Source: Tubiluchus corallicola (Eukaryota; Animalia; Priapulida). Taken from it: a DNA stretch of 64,000 nt. Below are positions 1 through 10,873 of the stretch, in pieces. Positions within the stretch are counted from its first letter, which is position 1; the number at the start of each line of letters is the position of its first letter. Location of the stretch: the NCBI GenBank assembly GCA_030141605.1, contig JAQGDQ010001060.1:1-64000 (forward strand), written 5' to 3'. A program made the position numbers and the translations under genes. The notes below the pieces were generated by a model that did no database searches, was not told the DNA's origin, and saw only the letters and a list, made by a program, of their open reading frames with translations.

Positions 1-756
1 CTCAGGTAGACATTTATATGGTGCCGAATTAATCATAACTCTATCTCCATGGAAAAGGCCCTCGTATATATCTGGCGATAACAACAAGGGGCGAATATTT
101 ATTTTACTCAGTTGAACTAATCTACTGAAGTCAGGATATGGCAGTTTATTTTGCTGGAAACTTTTCAAAATATTTGATGCACTACTGGATGTTGAAAAAT
201 AGCACAACTGAAATAAAAAAGTACCGTAAAATTTTTCACTTTTTCACGTCATAGCTTAATGATTAGCATATCCTTTAATGTTGATTGTTGAACTAGTATT
301 AGAGCATAAAATTTAGGTAAAAGTCTGCACAATATTATTACACATACACGTTGAGCACTTGGATTTCAGTCTAAACTCCTAAAAAGATTCACATACCAAA
401 AGTTTATTGACTATCAGGATAAAGTGTCTAAAAATTGTCTGCATCTCTATCTGCAAAATTAGGAAAAAAGGTAAGACTATCTTAATATCTTAAAAAGGCC
501 ATATCTTAATTTTTTGGTTACCCACCGTCTGGCAAAACAGTTGTTTTGCGTGTTTCCTCACTAAGAACGACTCGCTTTCCACAGTTGTAGTGAATGCTTC
601 ACTTTTTACGAATAAATGGTTTTTGAGCAATTGTTCAACGTAAAACATTTCCATACGATCTTTTATTGCTCTCCCTTGGTGATTGGCAGCAATGCGGCCT
701 CCCCGTGCAACAACAGTTTGTCCTCCGTCAATAAGAGAATAAAACATAAAACCTAC
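1..756 (-). pseudogene. Inverted partial copy of the NAT16-like gene (exon 3 at 756-526, exon 4 from 207 running off the window start); no exons 1-2 found on this strand
   Basis: Mirror of exon 6139-6369 and of 6688-6894 (start of exon 4); minus-strand reading of 2470-3090 shows no exon 1/2-like peptide. Confidence 0.7.
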
Positions 757-2417
757 CTAGATATAAATACAACCCCTAAGAGAAACCAAAACTTTACTCT
801 AAATACATATTCTATGTTTATGGTTCTCATAAATTTTAAGTCAATCATGCAATCAGATATTTAAGTTAAATCATGCACCTTCTCAGCATTCTTGACATTT
901 ATTTACGTCAGAGCAAGGAAAATATAAGAAAATTATTTTAAAATGCTTCAACGTGGTTAATGATGTTCACATGTTTGCTTCATGACAGACACAAGAAAAA
1001 ACCCTTGTTCAATCACCACTACAGTAAAAAAGAATATGCTGGGATAAGAATAAAGAAATCTGAAAAAATTACCTGAAAAGAAAATGACGAAACTACAAAG
1101 AAGTGTAGGCCTAATATCACTATACCGGTACTTTATTGTTTATGTATGTAATTTTAGTTTTAAGAAGATTATGTAATAATTGAGTTAATTTTATTGAAAC
1201 TAATAAGCTCTTGCTATTCTTGAAATTTTATTTTGATAAGACTTGCTGAGGAAGTCAAAAGTGTTGACGAAACGTTCACGATTTTCAATCAGATTAGTTA
1301 ACAACACAATGCCAGCTTTCATTAGATAATCTACAAATGGCACCATTGAATTTTTTGAACAAATTCTGGACCGAAAAGAAGAAATTGTGGAAAGTCTGCC
1401 TCATTTGAACTCACTTTTATCGATCAAACTTCTGGACACGAGTCAATCAATCAGGTCAAGAAGATTAATTGACTGAACCTAGCCAACATGTCCAAGCGTT
1501 GTTATTCACTTACGTAAAAATAATTGCTAAGCAAGAATAATTGGGTTATTTTTGAATAATTTAAAATCTGGAGAATTACGTTGGTAAATCAGTGTTTTTC
1601 CTAATTTGTAGATTGATTAGTAATCTTTTAGGCTGAATAATTAAGATCTTTCATGATCAAACTTAATTCACAAGGGGCTGCTTGGTCTAGTGGTCATGGC
1701 ATTAAACTTGTATGTCAAAGTCCCTGGTATCGCTTATTGTACCAAGTACGCATGTAGAAATTTGCAATCATTTTAAAACGTATGCAATGTTCATTTCAGT
1801 AACAAAATTGAACAAACAGTCATAAAAGTTAGCAATATGATACTGTAGAAATTTTGCATTCCTTAACATTGCTTTAACAGTAGAAAATTCTTTAACAGTA
1901 GAAAATTTGCATCCTTTAACATTGCTTCTCTAGATCAACTGAACTTGCATCCCTGAGAGTATTGAGCTGTAAATCACATGACCAGAGATTCAAGTTCCTA
2001 TTAGAAGGTGCATCACCTTCATGCATATAGACCATAAATGGAAAGGTCACCTATATTCTACAGACTACTAGTTAAACCAAAATCAAAGTGTACTTGGCTT
2101 CTTTGATAGCAGAATAAAGATTATTTGCTTACAGAAAACTGTGCTATAATTTTTCTCTATTTTAACTTAGGGAGAATTAAAGCATGAAATTAACAATCCA
2201 ATTACTCTGATTAATGAATATCGATAAAAGCAAAAGGAAACAATATTTAGAAACAAAATCAATTAATCTCTGACAAACTTTGTACAATTAGAGTAAAACA
2301 ATGACTGAAGATGGCAGCATAAACTAACTCAGTACTTTGGTGTAGTAGACTGACAATTAAATGGGTCACATAATACTACAATCGCGTACTCGGTACAATA
2401 AGCGACACCAGGGACTT
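1..2417 (-). repeat. Left arm of large inverted duplication (reverse complement of 4478-6894)
   Basis: Position i pairs with 6895-i: ctcaggtagacatttatatgg at 1 is the reverse complement of 6874-6894; ORFs 490-747(-)/6148-6405(+) and 616-864(+)/6031-6279(-) translate identically; no mismatch in spot checks until about 2418. May continue left of the window. Confidence 0.95.
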
Positions 2418-3092
2418 GACATACAAACAATGCCATGACCACTAGACCATGCAGCAGCACCTTGTGAAAACGTTTTTCTTTGTTTATGAAACGATCACAT
2501 AAACTAATGTCTCTGTGTCATCATGGCACTTTTACATAGCAAGGGTAAAAATCATAAAAACGTGCCACTTCTATTACATCCTTTATCTCCTTGAAGGTCC
2601 AAAGGTACAATATCAATATCTTGAGTAGATTAGTCAATGTTGATCTGATATCTCCCTAAGCTACGAACGTACATGCGACTGATAAGAGTCATTCAGATCT
2701 TCTAAATTTAACTAAAATTGTGAAGTCTGTGTCTTTATCATGGGCACAAAAATTAGTAAAAGAATCCTCACTCCTTACAGTCTTACACTTTAACAACATA
2801 AGGGAAACTCCACGCAAATAATACCACACTTTGCAAACTGACGGGTGATTATCAGCATATTATAATAGTTGATAAAAATATATATTGTTGTATCAAAGTA
2901 CAAAATGTGTTAAACCTAAATACTGACAAGTGTTAGCATGCGGCAAGGCAGCAACAGCTTTTTTAATCTTTAACAATTATTAAATAGTTTGAAAAGGTAT
3001 AACAGCGAGTAATGACTACACTCTGTAGCGCGTGACATCATAGCTGTAAAACCGCGGATATATCGGACCTACTATACTTCCCTGGGAACAAA

Positions 3093-6000
3093 ATGGATGG
3101 AAAACGTATTGATCCTCGCTACATCATCAGGTAATTACATAAATCACAGTTTAACTCATTTTGCAATAGGCCTAAACATTTATTACGTAACCTGATATAG
3201 CCTTCAATTAACTGGCAAATTGGTTCAGCGCTTCCCAGTCTAAAATTCCAGAATCGCAAATTTTATTAAGTCCACTTGTCAGCATATCTTGTAAAACTGG
3301 TGTCGTGAATGACGAGCAAAGCAATCATATTTTACTTGCTCAACTAATGCAACTTATCACAAACAGAACTTTAATAGAATATATATATATATATATATAT
3401 ATATAACTTTTTAACTTTTCAGACATGCCACAAAGGCAGACAAAGAAGCAGTTCTCGGTTTGAATGTGCTGGTAACTGGTGGCAGTCATGATTACCTGCC
3501 ATCAAGATTTGACAGTTATATTCGCAGCTGGAATACTTATCCCATTGTTTGTGAGTTTGAAGGAAAAGTTGTAAGTACTAAATTCGCATTAATTAGGTAG
3601 TGTAGTGACTGTTGGTGCATTCATTGTAAATCAGCCCGGGGAAAGCTAATTGCTTTAGTTTTGACTGATAATTCTGACCAACATTGGTCCAGGTGAAGCA
3701 CTTTCCATTTTGAAAGAGTTTTAAAGTAATTCTGCAAATTAAGTAGGCCTAATGCATTTCCATTCTGATAAATCTGAAATAAAATCCAAAGCGTAGCTAA
3801 CAATTTGTTCTATAATTACCTGTCTAATCGTACTCAACAAGTAAAATGTAACAGTTCCCTATCTGGCACGCAATTATAAAATGTGGCTGACCTTAATGTT
3901 TCACATTGGGTCTTCTCTATTGTATTCTTGCTATGTGCATTACCTCAATAACTTATTACATGCACTACTCAGGTCTATTTCAGTTCAGCTCGCTAATACA
4001 ATCCTACTTTTTAAATTCTCTCTTCTTTTTTTGTCAAGCATATCAATCAGAGGCTTCGAATAACTGCACATTGGCATTAAACAAAATATTATTAAAACCT
4101 CTAATACAACATGCAGAGTTTTCATGTTGAACAACTTCCAACTAATCTCAGTAATTATACTGATCACTCACTTTTATCGATCAAACTTCTGGACATGAGT
4201 CAACCAATCAGGTCAAGAAGATTAATTGACTGAACCTAGCCAACATGTCCAAACGTTGTTATTCACTTACGTAAAAATAATTGCTAAGCAAAAGTAATTG
4301 GGTTATTTTTGAATAATTTAAAATCTGGGGAATTACGTTGGTAAATCAGTGTTTATCCTAATTTGAAGATTGATTAGTGATCTTTTAGGCTGAATAATTA
4401 AGATCTTTCATGATCAAACTTAATTCACAAGGTGCTGCTGCATGGTCTAGTGGTCATGGCATTAAACTTGTATGTCAAAGTCCCTGGTGTCGCTTATTGT
4501 ACCGAGTACGCGATTGTAGTATTATGTGACCCATTTAATTGTCAGTCTACTACACCAAAGTACTGAGTTAGTTTATGCTGCCATCTTCAGTCATTGTTTT
4601 ACTCTAATTGTACAAAGTTTGTCAGAGATTAATTGATTTTGTTTCTAAATATTGTTTCCTTTTGCTTTTATCGATATTCATTAATCAGAGTAATTGGATT
4701 GTTAATTTCATGCTTTAATTCTCCCTAAGTTAAAATAGAGAAAAATTATAGCACAGTTTTCTGTAAGCAAATAATCTTTATTCTGCTATCAAAGAAGCCA
4801 AGTACACTTTGATTTTGGTTTAACTAGTAGTCTGTAGAATATAGGTGACCTTTCCATTTATGGTCTATATGCATGAAGGTGATGCACCTTCTAATAGGAA
4901 CTTGAATCTCTGGTCATGTGATTTACAGCTCAATACTCTCAGGGATGCAAGTTCAGTTGATCTAGAGAAGCAATGTTAAAGGATGCAAATTTTCTACTGT
5001 TAAAGAATTTTCTACTGTTAAAGCAATGTTAAGGAATGCAAAATTTCTACAGTATCATATTGCTAACTTTTATGACTGTTTGTTCAATTTTGTTACTGAA
5101 ATGAACATTGCATACGTTTTAAAATGATTGCAAATTTCTACATGCGTACTTGGTACAATAAGCGATACCAGGGACTTTGACATACAAGTTTAATGCCATG
5201 ACCACTAGACCAAGCAGCCCCTTGTGAATTAAGTTTGATCATGAAAGATCTTAATTATTCAGCCTAAAAGATTACTAATCAATCTACAAATTAGGAAAAA
5301 CACTGATTTACCAACGTAATTCTCCAGATTTTAAATTATTCAAAAATAACCCAATTATTCTTGCTTAGCAATTATTTTTACGTAAGTGAATAACAACGCT
5401 TGGACATGTTGGCTAGGTTCAGTCAATTAATCTTCTTGACCTGATTGATTGACTCGTGTCCAGAAGTTTGATCGATAAAAGTGAGTTCAAATGAGGCAGA
5501 CTTTCCACAATTTCTTCTTTTCGGTCCAGAATTTGTTCAAAAAATTCAATGGTGCCATTTGTAGATTATCTAATGAAAGCTGGCATTGTGTTGTTAACTA
5601 ATCTGATTGAAAATCGTGAACGTTTCGTCAACACTTTTGACTTCCTCAGCAAGTCTTATCAAAATAAAATTTCAAGAATAGCAAGAGCTTATTAGTTTCA
5701 ATAAAATTAACTCAATTATTACATAATCTTCTTAAAACTAAAATTACATACATAAACAATAAAGTACCGGTATAGTGATATTAGGCCTACACTTCTTTGT
5801 AGTTTCGTCATTTTCTTTTCAGGTAATTTTTTCAGATTTCTTTATTCTTATCCCAGCATATTCTTTTTTACTGTAGTGGTGATTGAACAAGGGTTTTTTC
5901 TTGTGTCTGTCATGAAGCAAACATGTGAACATCATTAACCACGTTGAAGCATTTTAAAATAATTTTCTTATATTTTCCTTGCTCTGACGTAAATAAATGT

Positions 6001-7311
6001 CAAGAATGCTGAGAAGGTGCATGATTTAACTTAAATATCTGATTGCATGATTGACTTAAAATTTATGAGAACCATAAACATAGAATATGTATTTAGAGTA
6101 AAGTTTTGGTTTCTCTTAGGGGTTGTATTTATATCTAGGTAGGTTTTATGTTTTATTCTCTTATTGACGGAGGACAAACTGTTGTTGCACGGGGAGGCCG
6201 CATTGCTGCCAATCACCAAGGGAGAGCAATAAAAGATCGTATGGAAATGTTTTACGTTGAACAATTGCTCAAAAACCATTTATTCGTAAAAAGTGAAGCA
6301 TTCACTACAACTGTGGAAAGCGAGTCGTTCTTAGTGAGGAAACACGCAAAACAACTGTTTTGCCAGACGGTGGGTAACCAAAAAATTAAGATATGGCCTT
6401 TTTAAGATATTAAGATAGTCTTACCTTTTTTCCTAATTTTGCAGATAGAGATGCAGACAATTTTTAGACACTTTATCCTGATAGTCAATAAACTTTTGGT
6501 ATGTGAATCTTTTTAGGAGTTTAGACTGAAATCCAAGTGCTCAACGTGTATGTGTAATAATATTGTGCAGACTTTTACCTAAATTTTATGCTCTAATACT
6601 AGTTCAACAATCAACATTAAAGGATATGCTAATCATTAAGCTATGACGTGAAAAAGTGAAAAATTTTACGGTACTTTTTTATTTCAGTTGTGCTATTTTT
6701 CAACATCCAGTAGTGCATCAAATATTTTGAAAAGTTTCCAGCAAAATAAACTGCCATATCCTGACTTCAGTAGATTAGTTCAACTGAGTAAAATAAATAT
6801 TCGCCCCTTGTTGTTATCGCCAGATATATACGAGGGCCTTTTCCATGGAGATAGAGTTATGATTAATTCGGCACCATATAAATGTCTACCTGAGAATGTT
6901 TGGGATATAATTAACAACGAAGATATGACAGTGTTTTCAGATATGCTACCTAACGGCGACAAGTGTACAAGTGTCAGTTTTGGTTGTGTGATTTACGTAC
7001 TTTCTGGAAATAATCTTCGGTTTGATTTGACTGTCTACGCGAAAGACAAAGATATGGCTGCGGCACATCTTTTAGCTCAAATTTATTCAGCAGCTATTGC
7101 TCACAAAAATTGCAACATACGGTTCAGCATTGCAGTGCAAGGCCCTATGCACAGAAAGTATATCGACCGCATTCTGCATGAACTTGGGATAGAAGAATAC
7201 ACTTACCACAATTATCGTGATGCTCAAAAGATTGGTGTTGTGAGACCTATGAAGGAACTTGTGGACAAATATGAGGAAGTGATGAATGTGAATTTACATT
7301 CATTATTATAA
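3093..7311 (+). CDS. NAT16: NAT16 / histidine N-acetyltransferase-like GNAT protein, 4 coding exons
   Basis: Exons 3093-3130, 3423-3570, 6139-6369, 6688-7311, GT-AG with consistent phases (2,0,0). Product MDGKRIDPRYIIRHATKADKEAVLGL...GGSHDYLPSRFDSY...GKVVGFMFYSLIDGGQTVVARGGRIAANHQGRAI... matches recalled NAT16/HISAT motifs (DYLPSRY, IDAGETVLVEGLRVAP.ERGKG). AATAAA near 7560. Confidence 0.8.
4166..4511 (+). repeat. About 345 bp repeat ending in a tRNA-SINE-like head; other copies at 1409-1751 (+) and 5144-5486 (-), head only at 2384-2468 (-)
   Basis: actcacttttatcgatcaaacttctggac...tggtctagtggtcatggcatt...gtccctggtgtcgc shared with scattered substitutions; TGGTCTAGTGG resembles a Pol III A box. 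Confidence 0.8.
4478..6894 (+). repeat. Right arm of large inverted duplication
   Basis: Mirror of 1-2417; imperfect similarity extends to 4424-4477 vs 2418-2468 (SINE-like head). Confidence 0.95.
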
Positions 7312-8362
7312 TTACTACAAATGTGTAAGCACATGTGTGATTTATTTGAAAATTGGTTGTATCCTCTACGTACTCAGTGCTCAGTGCTCAGCCTCATTTC
7401 GTTACATAATGGTACGTCACAAACACATACACAGTTTGTTTGAGAAGCATAATTCTAATGAATCCGTTGTGTGGTATGATAAATTAGTAATAAAATATGC
7501 AATTAAACTTATAAGACTTATCCTGCCTTATTTTAAGCAGATGTACCAAAGAAATGCTTAATAAATTTACTCCTGGAAACGGAACAGTTCTGTTATTGGA
7601 CGCTATAGTCGGGGCAGCTATAGTATGGCAAAAGTTTGCTTGTATTTAAGCCTTGCAATGAACCAGTACACCACAACTGGGCTGTTACTAAACGGAAAGG
7701 GTTTTTCTCTTGCACCACCTCTGTCCAATATGATTTCGTTTGTTTACGATAATGCAAAATCTTTGTAGTGGTAAAAGAAATAAGAAAATTGTATCTTCGT
7801 GTGCAGGAACTTTTCGGTTTTTCCTTTATTTTTATGTACTTTTGTACAACAAGTCGTCAGCCAGCATTTTCTTGCACTTCGAGCAGTCATACAAGACTCT
7901 CTAGCCAGCTAAGATTAAAAAAACAAACGGCTTCCTGTCTAATCTGTACAGTGCACCCAGGTTTGCATAATAAAAATGATATTATCAAATTTGCACTGTA
8001 CACCTGAGAGTGACGGATTCATAATACCTTTTAAAAATAATTTCTAAATAAAAAACAGATACTCGCATAAGTTGCATCAGCGAACTGAAAATTTTGATAG
8101 AGGATAAAATAATGTTTAGACAGCTAATACAGATTAAGAACACAATATTATAGTGGTCGTATATTATCGACTGTCTTTGTTCAGAAATGCAGAGTACTTT
8201 TTATGTTTATTATATCTTACAACTTGTATTTAATTTTCTAAATAGTTATGCATTCATTCGTCGAATCAAATCAATAAGTTTAGGATTGAATAAGAAGAGA
8301 TCTGCTTTCTACTGACAGCATTTTAGTTTCATTATCGAAATCAATTGCATCAAAATAACATA

Positions 8363-8642
8363 TGTGCAATTTTTCCCACTTGTGTCATTTTTACATTTTA
8401 CATTTGTGTCATTTTTTCCTGTGCCATTTTTACCTGTGCAATTTTTTTCCTGTGCCATTTTTCCATTTGTGCGATTTTTCCTGTGCCATTTTTTCCTATG
8501 CATTTTTTTTCGTGTGCCATTTTTACCGTGCCATTTCTTACTTTGCCATTTTGCCCACTTTTCCTTTTGTGCCATTTTCCTGTGCCATTTTTACCGTGCC
8601 ATTTTCTCTGTGGCGTTTTTACCTGTGCCATTTTTACCGCAC
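8363..8642. repeat. Minisatellite, about 16-17 bp unit (c)tgtgccattttt(acc)
   Basis: Repeated tgtgccattttt/cgtgccatttt units; explains the low-complexity ORFs at 8309-8802. Confidence 0.9.
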
Positions 8643-9220
8643 AATCTGTTTTTAGTTCACTTTGCAGTTTTATTATTTTTATTGAAAAAGTCAATTCGTT
8701 ACAAACAGTTGCTAAACCTATAAAAGCAAAAACTCTTAGTGTGGCGTCTAGATATTTTTCTTCTTCTTTGTTCGGGCGCTTTTGAAAGTTTAGTGTAAGC
8801 AAGCGTGAGCTGAGTGAAAATAATCAACAAAAAGTTCTTTTCTTGTACATTTCAACCTAACTGCGTGATAGATGATGGGAGGGGTAACGTTTTTCACGAT
8901 GGTCACAGATTGTGTGAATAGTTTAATTCAGAGGAGCGGTGAAATTTCGGTGAGCGTTTTAGATTGCGATTTTAAACCTGGTGTGCGCTTGAAGAGTTGT
9001 CATATTGGTCATAATAATCTTCTCCTCCTGTATGGTGTACTGCTAAAGTTGTGGATTTTTTCCAGTTTTGAATCTGCATGAATAATTATTGATCAGGCAG
9101 TGCGTAAACTTCGTTATCACGCATTTTTCTTAGGATTATTTAATGTTGGATTTTTTCTTTTTGTAAATCTTATCTCGACCTTATTGTAAACTTTTGAATT
9201 TGAATTAATCAGTTAAGTAA

Positions 9221-9320
9221 AACCAATCCGACAACAAACAACCAACTAACCGACGAACCAACTGGTTAACCAATTAAGGTTAGTTTGGTTGGTTGGTTGG
9301 TTATTTGATTAGTTGATTGG
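9221..9320. repeat. Quasi-palindromic (AACC)n/(GGTT)n simple repeat
   Basis: aaccaactaaccgacgaaccaactggttaaccaattaaggttagtttggttggttggttgg. Confidence 0.6.
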
Positions 9321-9844
9321 TTGTTTGGTTCGTTGGTTGATATCTATCGATCAATTATTGATCTATGACCATCGATATCGTTTCCGCCCCATAGGATTCA
9401 CCAGACATCTGAAAATGCGTCATCATCAGAGAATATAGTATCCGCAATAGCTTCTGGCGGATAATACATTTTCTAGTCGCCATCACTGCAATCATCTAAT
9501 TTGTAACTACATTTCAAGGGCAATTGCACAATTATATGCGACAATGATAGATATATGGGGTATGGATACCGTACGCATCCAAATGTGGTAAGCAGGAATC
9601 TAGGCTCTAAATTCAGTGCAAGTATTATTGATCAACTGCGGTACCATGCTGCTGCATTTACTGTCGCCGAATCATTCCGCATAGCCCAGAGTGGCCTTTG
9701 TTAACGAAATCCCAATTTATCAAAAGCAATGCGTAGACTCCTCTCTGACATTATAATGCAGTCCACATAGGCCTTGTGAATTGTTACATTTGCAACTGCG
9801 CTCAATAACAATCTATGAACAATTCGCTTATTGTATTTCTCAAC

Positions 9845-10676
9845 TTCAAACGCTGGATGTGTAATCGCCTGCAATTATATAAGAAGTTGAATGCCAAGTC
9901 GTCGATACTTCCGTGCCAAAGAAATTACAAGCGTACGTAGCCGCTTTTGATCCGCAGTGAGGAAGTTTCACACGTCGGGAATTTGTCCTGAAAATTTTCC
10001 AAGTCGCCATAGTATGAGTGATTTAGCAATAAGTGCAAACAGTGGGCCACATAAAAAAGGGCCTAAAAACAAAGTATTTACACTATAGGTCTGAAAGTGC
10101 AAAACATGTAAACACTTTCAGATATGCTTTTTCTAACGCTTGAGAAATTCAAAAGAAATCATGGTTATGGTTTATGTTTTCCTTTTGCAAACATGTGTAT
10201 TCCTTGCCAATTTATTGATGAGCATGTGCATGTATTTGAAAGTGTATAAAAAACCTATGAAGTTTAGTGAACTAATATTGATAGCGGCGTTCATATAACT
10301 TTAAAATTATTAAAAGTTAAAAACAATTCGCCATACCAGAAACACTTTAACTGCAGCCAGTAAAAAGACGTAATGCAATACGTAAACAATTTTTTAATAT
10401 TAAAAGCTTTAATTCTGAAATTTTAAAATAAAATTATTTGCCCTGAAAATAACCGGCTTTTGTCCCGATAATGTTCAATTCGTTTACCCTGGGAAGGTAA
10501 GCACCCCACACCTCAACCACCCCCCACCTCCCGACCCCTTGCCTCGCACGCCTATGTCTCAACCTCAAACACTGGATGTATAATCGCCTGCAATTATATA
10601 AGAATTTGAATGCCAAGTCGTCGATACTTCCGTGCTAAAGAAATTGCAAGCGTAACCGCCTTAGTCCGCAGTCAGG
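9845..10676. repeat. About 110 bp direct duplication (about 9845-9962 and 10563-10676) separated by about 600 bp
   Basis: ctggatgt(g/a)taatcgcctgcaattatataagaa(g/t)ttgaatgccaagtcgtcgatacttccgtgc present twice. Confidence 0.9.
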
Positions 10677-10873
10677 CAGCTCAGGTAAACATGAGTAATT
10701 TGGATAGGTGTTTTAGTTTAGATAGGTGATTCATCGTCGGCCCGCGGGCTATTGTGTGAAACAATTTGCCCTGAATTAGTTTCGTTACATTTACGAAGTT
10801 GCAAGTCACCTGATATCATTATGACTACAACATAGAGTTGTAGACGTCCAGAACATTCCTCGTCGTTAATACA

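Noticed and set aside
616-864. 82 aa ORF and its mirror at 6031-6279
   Set aside because: Antisense shadow of NAT16 exon 3.
1675-1751. tRNA-like sequence (TGGTCTAGTGG A box)
   Set aside because: B box degenerate and no convincing cloverleaf; treated as a SINE head, not a tRNA gene.
8309-8802. Overlapping 88-146 aa ORFs on both strands
   Set aside because: Translations of the tgtgccattttt minisatellite; no domain signal. Not CRISPR: short units, no unique spacers, eukaryotic context.
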